Below are positions 1 to 6,687 of a stretch of 32,000 nucleotides of DNA, piece after piece (the stretch's first letter is position 1; every line of letters begins with the position of its first letter). The DNA is taken from assembly GCF_018336915.1 (NCBI RefSeq), contig NZ_CP064923.1, positions 4,530,001 to 4,562,000 of the forward strand. Reading direction: 5' to 3'. The DNA is from Acaryochloris marina S15. Lineage in GTDB: Bacteria > Cyanobacteriota > Cyanobacteriia > Thermosynechococcales > Thermosynechococcaceae. The notes beneath the pieces were generated by a model that did not search any database, was not told where the DNA came from, and was given only the letters and a program-made list of their open reading frames with translations. The position numbers and the translations under genes were made by a program.

Positions 1-344
1 GTACCGTTTGGGTAACCCGCAACGCAACCATAGCGCTCTACCAAAGATTGGATGGCTTGGAAAGCCCAGTCATCAGGCTGCACATCTGAGAGTTGAGAGA
101 CCGATGTGACCTGACCGACAGAATCGGCTTCCGTTTCAGACATGAGATCGGAAACAGCTGGCGTATTATCGGCTAAGACTAAAGGCTGTTGCGGACTTTC
201 TTGAGAAATGGCGGGAGCTTGCTCTAGGGATTCATCAGAAATCTCTGAGCTTTCCAAGGATAAAGTACTAGCACTGGCCATACCCGTGACCATTAGTGCA
301 CTGGATAAGCCAATCACACTAGCTAGCAAACGAAAATACTTCAT
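1..344 (-). CDS. SLH-domain outer-membrane porin (OprB / cyanobacterial 'iron uptake porin' type). Only the N-terminal ~114 codons are present because the gene runs off the left edge.
   Basis: Hand translation of the minus strand from the ATG at 344..342 gives MKYFRLLASVIGLSSALMVTGMASA (a signal peptide), then SQLSDVQPDDWAFQAIQSLVERYGCVAGYPNGT. That is the typical start of an S-layer-homology domain at the N-terminus of cyanobacterial porins. GAGGA lies a few nt upstream of the ATG. The gene is missing from the ORF track because the window edge truncates it. Confidence 0.75.
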   Translation of the reverse strand, partial: MKYFRLLASVIGLSSALMVTGMASASTLSLESSEISDESLEQAPAISQESPQQPLVLADNTPAVSDLMSETEADSVGQVTSVSQLSDVQPDDWAFQAIQSLVERYGCVAGYPNG

Positions 345-420
345 ATTAATCCTCACACACTATTTTTGTTGGAATTAGAGTGGGGGATCCTAATGTTGAT
401 AGGACGCCACTACAAACCTA

Positions 421-439
421 GATAATGATAATCATTATC
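421..439. promoter_or_regulatory. Fur box, a 19/19 match to the consensus GATAATGATAATCATTATC, inside a perfect 27-bp palindrome at 417..443
   Basis: The sequence gataatgataatcattatc is an exact match. The flanking ccta/tagg extends it to a 27-bp palindrome. It lies about 77 bp upstream of the porin ATG (344). On the minus strand it sits just upstream of a possible -35 TTGTAG (415..410), a 17-nt spacer and a -10 TAGGAT (392..387). Confidence 0.7.
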
Positions 440-489
440 TAGGTTTTCTTCAATAGAGAAGAAACTTAAATGAACTCACCAATCTTCTG

Positions 490-1047
490 TTAGAAGTGCT
501 GTTGAAGAATGTTGGTGATGTTTTTGGGCTTTACTTTGGTGTAGCGAGCCTTGTCAGGTAAAACAACAAGGTTAGGTCCGGCTTTACATTTACCGATACA
601 GCCCATAGGTTGCAGTTGAATCTCTTTGTCTTGGCCTGAGGCTTGCAAAGCTGAATTCAATGCTGTTAAAACTTGTTGACTGCCGCGTTTACGACAGCTC
701 GATTTTTGGCAAATTCTAATTTTGCCCTTTTGAACGTTACCAACAAGCTCAGAAGGCTGTTGAGAAGATGAAGGTGAGGAGTTGGGGAGGGCAGGCATGA
801 TAGTCTTTGCCTTGAGTTTTATCTTGCCTGTTTTGATATTGATTTTTTGGCAACCCTGCACTTGAATCCATGCTCCGGGTTGCAAAATCCCAGAGCAGGC
901 TGGGCGCAGAGACTTGGCTAGCTTAATATCTTGCTCTCCTTGGGAGGTAGCCAGACGAATCCCTTTGACACTACAGCCCTTTGACAAGATATAAGTTAAA
1001 AATCGACCACTCAGGGTGAATTCTGACTTTTTTGTATGTTTACCCAT
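490..1047 (-). CDS. (2Fe-2S) ferredoxin-domain protein (thioredoxin-like 2Fe-2S ferredoxin fold in the C-terminal half)
   Basis: 185-aa ORF. The C-terminal half has C-x4-C (ICQKSSCRKRG) and C-x3-C followed by GPN (GCIGKCKAGPNLVV), the cysteine pattern of thioredoxin-like [2Fe-2S] ferredoxins. The N-terminal ~90 aa is an unrecognised domain. Confidence 0.7.
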   Translation of the reverse strand: MGKHTKKSEFTLSGRFLTYILSKGCSVKGIRLATSQGEQDIKLAKSLRPACSGILQPGAWIQVQGCQKINIKTGKIKLKAKTIMPALPNSSPSSSQQPSELVGNVQKGKIRICQKSSCRKRGSQQVLTALNSALQASGQDKEIQLQPMGCIGKCKAGPNLVVLPDKARYTKVKPKNITNILQQHF

Positions 1048-1093
1048 GAACTTTTAAGTGCGTATTCCTTAAATGATTTAGATAAAGTCTTGA

Positions 1094-1480
1094 TTAAAGT
1101 GAGTGCTGCTCTTGGAGAGATTGCCATAAATAGCTAGGAATATCAGGAGCTGGGCAGTGCATAAATGCAATATTACCCAAATCACCTTTGCAATAGTGGA
1201 GTCCCACTTTTGCACTACCATCTAGGATGCTCTGGCAAGGAACCTCAGGTGCCTGAGCACTGCCAATGAAGAAATCAACCCAGTCATCCTGCTCTTGTCG
1301 GATACAAGGTAAGGGCTCTAGGCCTGAATCTCTAAGGTTTCTAGTTCCAGCACTGTTCCAACCAGTCAACCAGTTCTGCCCGAGAAGCGACAAACTGCTG
1401 GAGAACACTGTAAATTTGAGCGGCTTCCACATCATTGTTAATCTCCACTTGCAACGATCCATCTGAGGAACACCAAGCAT
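1094..1480 (-). CDS. Hypothetical protein with an uncertain start. It is either the downstream part of a frameshifted gene with 1341..1658 or a separate ORF starting at a non-ATG codon (for example TTG at 1369).
   Basis: The frame is open over 1094..1480. Only the part downstream of about 1345 (SAGTRNLRDSGLEPLPCIRQEQDDWVDFFIGS...HCPAPDIPSYLWQSLQEQHSL) looks protein-like. The upstream part overlaps the better-looking frame of 1341..1658. Confidence 0.3.
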   Translation of the reverse strand: MLGVPQMDRCKWRLTMMWKPLKFTVFSSSLSLLGQNWLTGWNSAGTRNLRDSGLEPLPCIRQEQDDWVDFFIGSAQAPEVPCQSILDGSAKVGLHYCKGDLGNIAFMHCPAPDIPSYLWQSLQEQHSL

Positions 1481-1658
1481 TAACAGAGAGTTCCAGCAGC
1501 CGTCGCAGAACCTGTCGGCAATCGCCAGGACACACTCTCAATATGAGGGATTCAACAGTGGACTGATATCCAGATGGGCGCATCCATAACCTCCAAACGG
1601 TTTGATAGGGTTGTGCTGTACTTGAACCAAAACGATCCCCACTTAGCAACATCGTCAC
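1341..1658 (-). CDS. Hypothetical protein (105 aa), translationally adjacent to the Dps-like gene
   Basis: Its ATG at 1658..1656 lies 2 nt after the stop (1663..1661) of the upstream ORF, which implies an operon. I recognised no motif. Confidence 0.5.
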   Translation of the reverse strand: MTMLLSGDRFGSSTAQPYQTVWRLWMRPSGYQSTVESLILRVCPGDCRQVLRRLLELSVNAWCSSDGSLQVEINNDVEAAQIYSVLQQFVASRAELVDWLEQCWN

Positions 1659-1660
1659 GT

Positions 1661-2056
1661 CTACGCAACCTTAAGGCTGTCACTCACCCAGAAATGGGCA
1701 AGGTAGAATACTCTTTCTTCAGGGGTAAGCAGCAGTTGTTCAAGCAGATAACGGGTTGCACGAGCACAGAGGCTTTCAGCCTGGGCGACTTGCGATCTCA
1801 ACAGAGAAATCACCGATTTCTCTGCAGCTAAGTCATGCTCCACCATCTGCGGCTCTGTAAAGCAGCCATCCTCCTGAGGGGTATCAGCACCCTCAACGAC
1901 AAAGTGGTGTTTTTGATACTGCAAATAGAGACCTTGAAAACTAGCTAGCACAATATTCAAGCCTTCACACACCGGAATGGTAACGTCTATATCCAACCCG
2001 ACTGAGCTGGCTTTAACCCTGCCAACCGACTGGTTAGCAGTATGTAACTCGGACAT
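1661..2056 (-). CDS. Dps/ferritin-like four-helix-bundle protein (unusually short, 131 aa)
   Basis: VGLDIDVTIPVCEGLNIVLASFQGLYLQYQKHHFVVEG resembles Dps helix A (LNxxLAxxxxLYxxxxxxHWxVxG). FTEPQMVEHDLAAEKS resembles FEExxxxxxxxxDxxAER. The C-terminal LLEQLLLTPEERVFYLAHFW resembles LLxxxxxxxEKxxWMLxxxL. About 30-35 residues of a normal Dps appear to be missing in the middle. Confidence 0.45.
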   Translation of the reverse strand: MSELHTANQSVGRVKASSVGLDIDVTIPVCEGLNIVLASFQGLYLQYQKHHFVVEGADTPQEDGCFTEPQMVEHDLAAEKSVISLLRSQVAQAESLCARATRYLLEQLLLTPEERVFYLAHFWVSDSLKVA

Positions 2057-2485
2057 ACTGTTCCTCGACTCAAAGAAATGATTAATTGCAAATTACTATC
2101 AATTAATCCCCAACTAAAAATTAGCAGAGAACAAATACTATTGCAATATAATTTCAATAAAGCTCAAAATAATTCTTAAGGAGCAGGTTCAATAATCTAA
2201 GACAATAGAATTCAGATTTAACAAAAAAGTAGTCAGGAAAAGAATTACACGAATACTTCTAGGCTAACACTAGTGGCCTTCTGGAGTTTATAGATTAAAT
2301 TACTGAAGATTTATCCTAAATGAAATTCCTATATCACAGCCAACAAAATTACGATATCTAAAATAAATCTCATTAGAATAATCACGCAATTTTTCCATGC
2401 CTTAGGTCAGAAGGATAACTGTATACAAGCTCCACTGCTGTTGGGGAACGTCAGGGCGATGAAACGACCAGCTGGCGACGCTTTG

Positions 2486-3169
2486 CTATTGAGTATTTAA
2501 GCGACCATCTTCCATATGAATGAGTCGATCGGCGACATCTAGAACCCGATTATCATGGGTCACCATCAGGATCGTACAGCCCTGTTGCTTGGCTAGCCGT
2601 TGCATCAGTTCCACCACATCTCGCCCTGATTGTTTATCCAAAGAGGCGGTGGGTTCATCAGCCAGAACGATTTTGGGATAACTGACTAACGCACGTGCGA
2701 TCGCAACCCGTTGCTTTTGCCCACCCGATAATTCTTGTGGACGATAATTAGCCCATTCTGCTAAGCCAACTTCAGCCAACATATCGATGGATCGCTGATA
2801 CGCCACCTTCGCGTCGATCTCAACATGCAAATCCAAGGCCATTTGCACATTTTGTCGGGCAGTCAAGGACTGCAGCAAATTATGATCCTGGAAAATATAG
2901 CCAATATAGCGACGAACCTTGACCAGATCATGGGTGGTAGCCTTTCTAAGCTGTTGGTTCAAAACCTGTAAACTACCCATTTGGGTTGATCGAAGCGCAC
3001 CAATTAGAGTCAACAGGGTTGTTTTCCCTGAACCTGAGGGGCCAGACATAATGACCACCTCTCCCGGATAAATATCAGCATCAATATCAAATAGGACTTG
3101 TTTACGCAGCCTGCCTCTACCAAAAAAATGGCTCACGTGATCAATGGTGATAACTGGCGAAGCACCCAT
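2486..3169 (-). CDS. devA: DevA-family ABC exporter ATP-binding protein
   Basis: Walker A GPSGSGKTTL, signature LSGGQKQR and Walker B IVLADEPT. The N-terminal pattern ITIDHVSHFFGRGRLRKQVLFDI is typical of DevA. It is the last gene of a devB-devC-devA arrangement, with a 2-nt gap to devC. Confidence 0.88.
   Translation of the reverse strand: MGASPVITIDHVSHFFGRGRLRKQVLFDIDADIYPGEVVIMSGPSGSGKTTLLTLIGALRSTQMGSLQVLNQQLRKATTHDLVKVRRYIGYIFQDHNLLQSLTARQNVQMALDLHVEIDAKVAYQRSIDMLAEVGLAEWANYRPQELSGGQKQRVAIARALVSYPKIVLADEPTASLDKQSGRDVVELMQRLAKQQGCTILMVTHDNRVLDVADRLIHMEDGRLNTQ
2697..2704. repeat. HIP1 octamer GCGATCGC
   Basis: Exact match, inside devA. Confidence 0.95.
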
Positions 3170-3171
3170 GC

Positions 3172-4326
3172 CTAAAAAATATCGGCTGGATCAGCAGCCT
3201 GAACGCGACGCATCGCAATTCCCCCCGATATGACACACATGATCAAGGTCAAAACAAATACCGTAGTCACTCGATCAATGGTCATAAACATGGGCAGAGA
3301 AGTACCGTCTCGAACCAGCTTGTAGAGACCTAAGCAGAGGGCAAATCCCGGAATAAATCCTAGTACGGCCAGAATAAACGCTTCTTGCAAGACGACTGAA
3401 TAGAGAAATCGACTTTTGTATCCCATGGCTTTCAAAGTGGCATACTCTGCCAAATGATCGGACACATCGGTATATAGGATTTGGTACACAATCACCATGC
3501 CCACAATAAATCCCATCAGGGTCCCTAGGGTGAAAATAAAACCAATGGTGGTACTCGTTTCCCAATACTCTCGTTCAAAGCGGACAAACCCTTGTTTTGA
3601 GAGCACAAGGACATCATCGGGCAAGGTTTTCTTCAGGGTAGACATGACTGAACTGGCATCTACTCCCGGCTTGACGTTGATCAGACCAATATCAATCAAT
3701 CCCAAGGTTCGCCCAGGAAATAACCGCAGTAAATTAACATCACTGGTAATCAGATTGCCATCGGCTGAGAAAGAAGCCCCCAACTGAAATAAACCTCCAA
3801 CCGTAACTTTGCGACCCGAGACTTCTGTGAATACGGTTTTTCCCGCTTTGAACTGTTCAGCAATCGGGCCATATTCGGGTCGAGAATTTTCATCAAACAG
3901 CACCACATCTGACAATTTGATTTGGTCAAGATACTCATCTACCCCTGGCAAGGAAAAGACGGCCTGGCTGGGGTCAAAGCCAATCACGAGTATCTGCCGA
4001 GTCTTGCGGGTTTCTGGGTTTCGCCAAAATCCAAAATCCAAATAGAGGGGCGTCACCGATTCAACTCCATCTATGCCTGCAGCCTGATAGAGTCGCCGAC
4101 GGCTAAAGTTCTTAATGGCAAATAAGGTGGTTGTTTGGGGATTGATTAAGACAATATCTGTCTTGAGATTGACATGAAAATTAACTGCTGCAGTAAACAG
4201 GGCTTCTTGAAAGCCTAGCTGCATCATCATTAAAATTACGGCAAATCCAATACCTGCCAACGCCACACATAGCCGCACCTTTTCACGGGCTAGCTGTAAC
4301 CAAGCGAGGGGGATGGCCAACAACAT
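3172..4326 (-). CDS. devC: DevC-family ABC exporter permease (FtsX/MacB-like)
   Basis: 384 aa. The N-terminus IPLAWLQLAREKVRL is characteristic of DevC. It has a large periplasmic loop and C-terminal FtsX-type transmembrane helices, and it lies between devB and devA. Confidence 0.88.
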   Translation of the reverse strand: MLLAIPLAWLQLAREKVRLCVALAGIGFAVILMMMQLGFQEALFTAAVNFHVNLKTDIVLINPQTTTLFAIKNFSRRRLYQAAGIDGVESVTPLYLDFGFWRNPETRKTRQILVIGFDPSQAVFSLPGVDEYLDQIKLSDVVLFDENSRPEYGPIAEQFKAGKTVFTEVSGRKVTVGGLFQLGASFSADGNLITSDVNLLRLFPGRTLGLIDIGLINVKPGVDASSVMSTLKKTLPDDVLVLSKQGFVRFEREYWETSTTIGFIFTLGTLMGFIVGMVIVYQILYTDVSDHLAEYATLKAMGYKSRFLYSVVLQEAFILAVLGFIPGFALCLGLYKLVRDGTSLPMFMTIDRVTTVFVLTLIMCVISGGIAMRRVQAADPADIF

Positions 4327-4335
4327 CTGAGCCGC

Positions 4336-5520
4336 CTACCCTTCGGTTTGAATCGCCACATTCACTTGCAGGTTAGTCAATCCGGAAACGGCAATACTGT
4401 TGTGAAGACGAACCTTAACTTCTACAACACGAGTATCGGTATTGGCCGCCGGATCCGTCCCTACCACATCGTTCTTATCAATCTTCAAACCAATTTTGTC
4501 GACGGTTCCTTCGATCTCGCCGTTAATGACGGGGCTGTTAATTTTGGCAGTTTGACCAATTTGAACTTGATTGATGTCTGTTTCATAAATTTCAGCCACC
4601 ACATACATTTGCCGAGTATTGCCCATTTCGACAATCCCTTTTTGGTCTTCGCTGCCTGAAGTGGGGGCAGCGGGAACGGCTTCGCCTTCACGCACGTGTA
4701 CTTCCAAGATTTGTCCTGCATTGGGAGCACGAATAATCGTGCGGGTCATCCGCGCCTTGGCAAGTTCTAGGTTACTTTTGGCAGAGGCTAAATCGATTTG
4801 CGATTGGGATCGCAACGTCCCCACTTTAGTTCGAGTAATTTGAGCTCTGGCGTTGTTGCTATTGGTTTGCAGCTCTTCTTGCAGCATAGACAAAGTTGCG
4901 ATCGCATTATTGAGTCGCTGCTGTTTACTCCGAAAAGAGAGAAATCGATCATCTAGTTCCTGCTTGGAAACCGCCCCCGCCTTCTGCAAATACTGATATC
5001 TTTTCAGGGTGATTTGAGCTTGCTCATACTCAACCTTAGATTGCTTAACTAGGGCATCTTGGGCCACAATTTCCCTAATCTTAGGATTCTCAGCTTGATT
5101 GCGGCGGGTTCGTGCTTCTTGTCCTTGAGCTTTGCCTAATTCACGCTCCGCAATAAACCGGTTTTGGGCTTCCAGTAAACGGCTCGCAGCAAGCTTGACT
5201 TCCGCTTGTCGCTCCGGATAGCTTTCTAAAAAGGCAATCGTTTCACCCTTCTCTAGCTGTTGGCCTTCTTTCACTAATAGTCGGAGAACCCTTTCTCCAG
5301 TAGGGCCACTGACTTGAAGCACCTGCCCGGCAGGTTCAATGCGGCCCAGGGCAGAAATAGCTGGGGATTTCTCAGAAGAAGGCTGTGAATCGTTGCTAGC
5401 CTGATTGGGCTGTTGCTGAAAAGCTTGGAAGACACCAATACTCCCGAACCCTAGAGCTAAAACAACAGCTCCAGAGATCATCCATTTCCCAGATGATTTT
5501 AGAAATGGTTTGTCTCCCAC
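4336..5520 (-). CDS. devB: DevB-family membrane fusion protein (HlyD-like)
   Basis: 394 aa with an N-terminal transmembrane anchor, a long coiled-coil (QAEVKLAASRLLEAQNRF...ELQTNSNNARAQI) and C-terminal beta-barrel segments. The start is GTG at 5520. It is 9 nt upstream of devC. Confidence 0.82.
   Translation of the reverse strand: MGDKPFLKSSGKWMISGAVVLALGFGSIGVFQAFQQQPNQASNDSQPSSEKSPAISALGRIEPAGQVLQVSGPTGERVLRLLVKEGQQLEKGETIAFLESYPERQAEVKLAASRLLEAQNRFIAERELGKAQGQEARTRRNQAENPKIREIVAQDALVKQSKVEYEQAQITLKRYQYLQKAGAVSKQELDDRFLSFRSKQQRLNNAIATLSMLQEELQTNSNNARAQITRTKVGTLRSQSQIDLASAKSNLELAKARMTRTIIRAPNAGQILEVHVREGEAVPAAPTSGSEDQKGIVEMGNTRQMYVVAEIYETDINQVQIGQTAKINSPVINGEIEGTVDKIGLKIDKNDVVGTDPAANTDTRVVEVKVRLHNSIAVSGLTNLQVNVAIQTEG
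4898..4905. repeat. HIP1 octamer GCGATCGC
   Basis: Exact match, inside devB. Confidence 0.95.
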
Positions 5521-5668
5521 ACCAATGGCTCAATTCAACATCTCCCAATTGTAAAGAATTTTTCCTCAATAATCTGTTTTCATTCTCTTAAATTAAATAT
5601 CTTTACTCAGGCAATATTCGATCCTGGCAGCAACAGGAAGCTATAAACCCTTTCCTCACTCCATTTCT

Positions 5669-5711
5669 TGTACCTAAATGTACAAACACTTTCGTCTTTG
5701 TCCCTTAGAAT
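5669..5711 (+). promoter_or_regulatory. NtcA-type (class II) promoter: TGTA-N8-TACA at 5669..5684, 22 nt, then -10 TAGAAT at 5706..5711
   Basis: tgtacctaaatgtaca matches the extended NtcA consensus exactly. There are 22 nt between the C of TAC (5683) and the T of TAGAAT (5706), and TAGAAT fits TAN3T. The predicted TSS near 5718 is about 20 nt before the ATG at 5738. Confidence 0.55.
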
Positions 5712-5737
5712 GCAGAATATGCGTTCTAAGTAACTCA

Positions 5738-6136
5738 ATGAAACCTTTTCTCCTTGGAGTGGCTCTATTTTCAACCCTCTGGATTTGTCCAGTTGCACAG
5801 GCAGAAAATCCTGAGCACCTCAAACAACTCATGAAATCGCGATCTTGCCCTAACTGTGATTTACAAGGTGCCGACTTATCGGCAATGAATTTGCGCAATG
5901 CTAATCTAGCTGGGGCTAATCTGACAGGCGCTAACCTTAATTTGGCCGATCTCACTGCAGCTAACTTGTCAAACGCTATTTTGACAGAAGCCAGCTTAGC
6001 GTGGACCAATTTTATCGATGCCGATTTAGAAGGGGCCAACCTTTCACAGGCTAAATTCGAAGGCGGAGAAAGACTAGGTCAAGCATTAAGTTTTGAAAAA
6101 GCGACCTTACCGGATGGAACGATTGCTTTTCCCTAA
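5738..6136 (+). CDS. Secreted (periplasmic or lumenal) pentapeptide-repeat protein
   Basis: Starting at the internal ATG gives a signal peptide, MKPFLLGVALFSTLWICPVAQA/ENP. It is followed by A(D/N)LxX repeats (GADLSAMNLRNANLAGANLTGANLNLADLTAANLSNAILTEASL). The track start at 5678 lies inside the NtcA site and adds a non-signal leader. Confidence 0.85.
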   Translation: MKPFLLGVALFSTLWICPVAQAENPEHLKQLMKSRSCPNCDLQGADLSAMNLRNANLAGANLTGANLNLADLTAANLSNAILTEASLAWTNFIDADLEGANLSQAKFEGGERLGQALSFEKATLPDGTIAFP

Positions 6137-6295
6137 GTTCATTAAACCTATAAGCTTTCAGTCAAGGGGGCTTGTCTCCTTATCCCATGCTTTAGTTCAG
6201 CATCACTATTCTTTTCAAGGTTCAGTGGGCACTTTATAAAGTAGGCATTTTTGCCGGATAGGATAACTAGCCCTTTAGTGTGTGTGGGGTATGTG

Positions 6296-6685
6296 ATGAA
6301 ACGAATAAATCTTCTAGGGTTACTAATACCCTTTCAACTGATGACTGCTCCTGCTTTTGCAGCTAAGACCTGTAGTCCTTATCGAGTCAATTACGAAAGT
6401 GCCATCTCCCAGGGATTGATTACTCGACCTTCGTTAGTTAATAATGCGGGGCAATCCTGGAATTTATTTCAGGTAGCGATGCGGCGAAACGATCGCATCG
6501 AGGCAGCATCACGAGCAGCTCAATACCTGGTGATCTTGTCTGAGTATGCAGGTGATCGCCAAGCAAACCAGGCTCGGCATAACATTGAGCAAGAAATGGT
6601 GGGCTACTATCAACAGCCCGTAGAGGTGGCGATGCCCATGTTCGAAGTCATCCTTGAAAACAGTCCAGATTGCCTCAAGCAATAG
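6296..6685 (+). CDS. Hypothetical secreted protein
   Basis: Starting at the ATG at 6296 gives a signal peptide, MKRINLLGLLIPFQLMTAPAFA/AK. The track start at 6251 is a TTG. I recognised no motif. Confidence 0.55.
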   Translation: MKRINLLGLLIPFQLMTAPAFAAKTCSPYRVNYESAISQGLITRPSLVNNAGQSWNLFQVAMRRNDRIEAASRAAQYLVILSEYAGDRQANQARHNIEQEMVGYYQQPVEVAMPMFEVILENSPDCLKQ

Positions 6686-6687
6686 GT

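Noticed and set aside
441-470. Hairpin TTTCTTC-N6-GAAGAAA after the 2Fe-2S gene as its terminator
   Set aside because: It is a 7-bp all-A/U-rich stem with no following U-tract on the minus strand. It cannot be distinguished from chance.
1266-1831. Plus-strand ORFs 1266..1466 and 1574..1831
   Set aside because: They are antisense to the tightly packed minus-strand operon. They have no motifs and their products look low-complexity.
3275-4843. Nested ORFs within devC and devB on both strands (3275..3565, 3497..3787, 3750..3938, 3809..4045, 3922..4125, 4348..4659, 4485..4730 and 4619..4843)
   Set aside because: All are fully contained in genes with clear DevC or DevB family sequence. There is no independent evidence for them.
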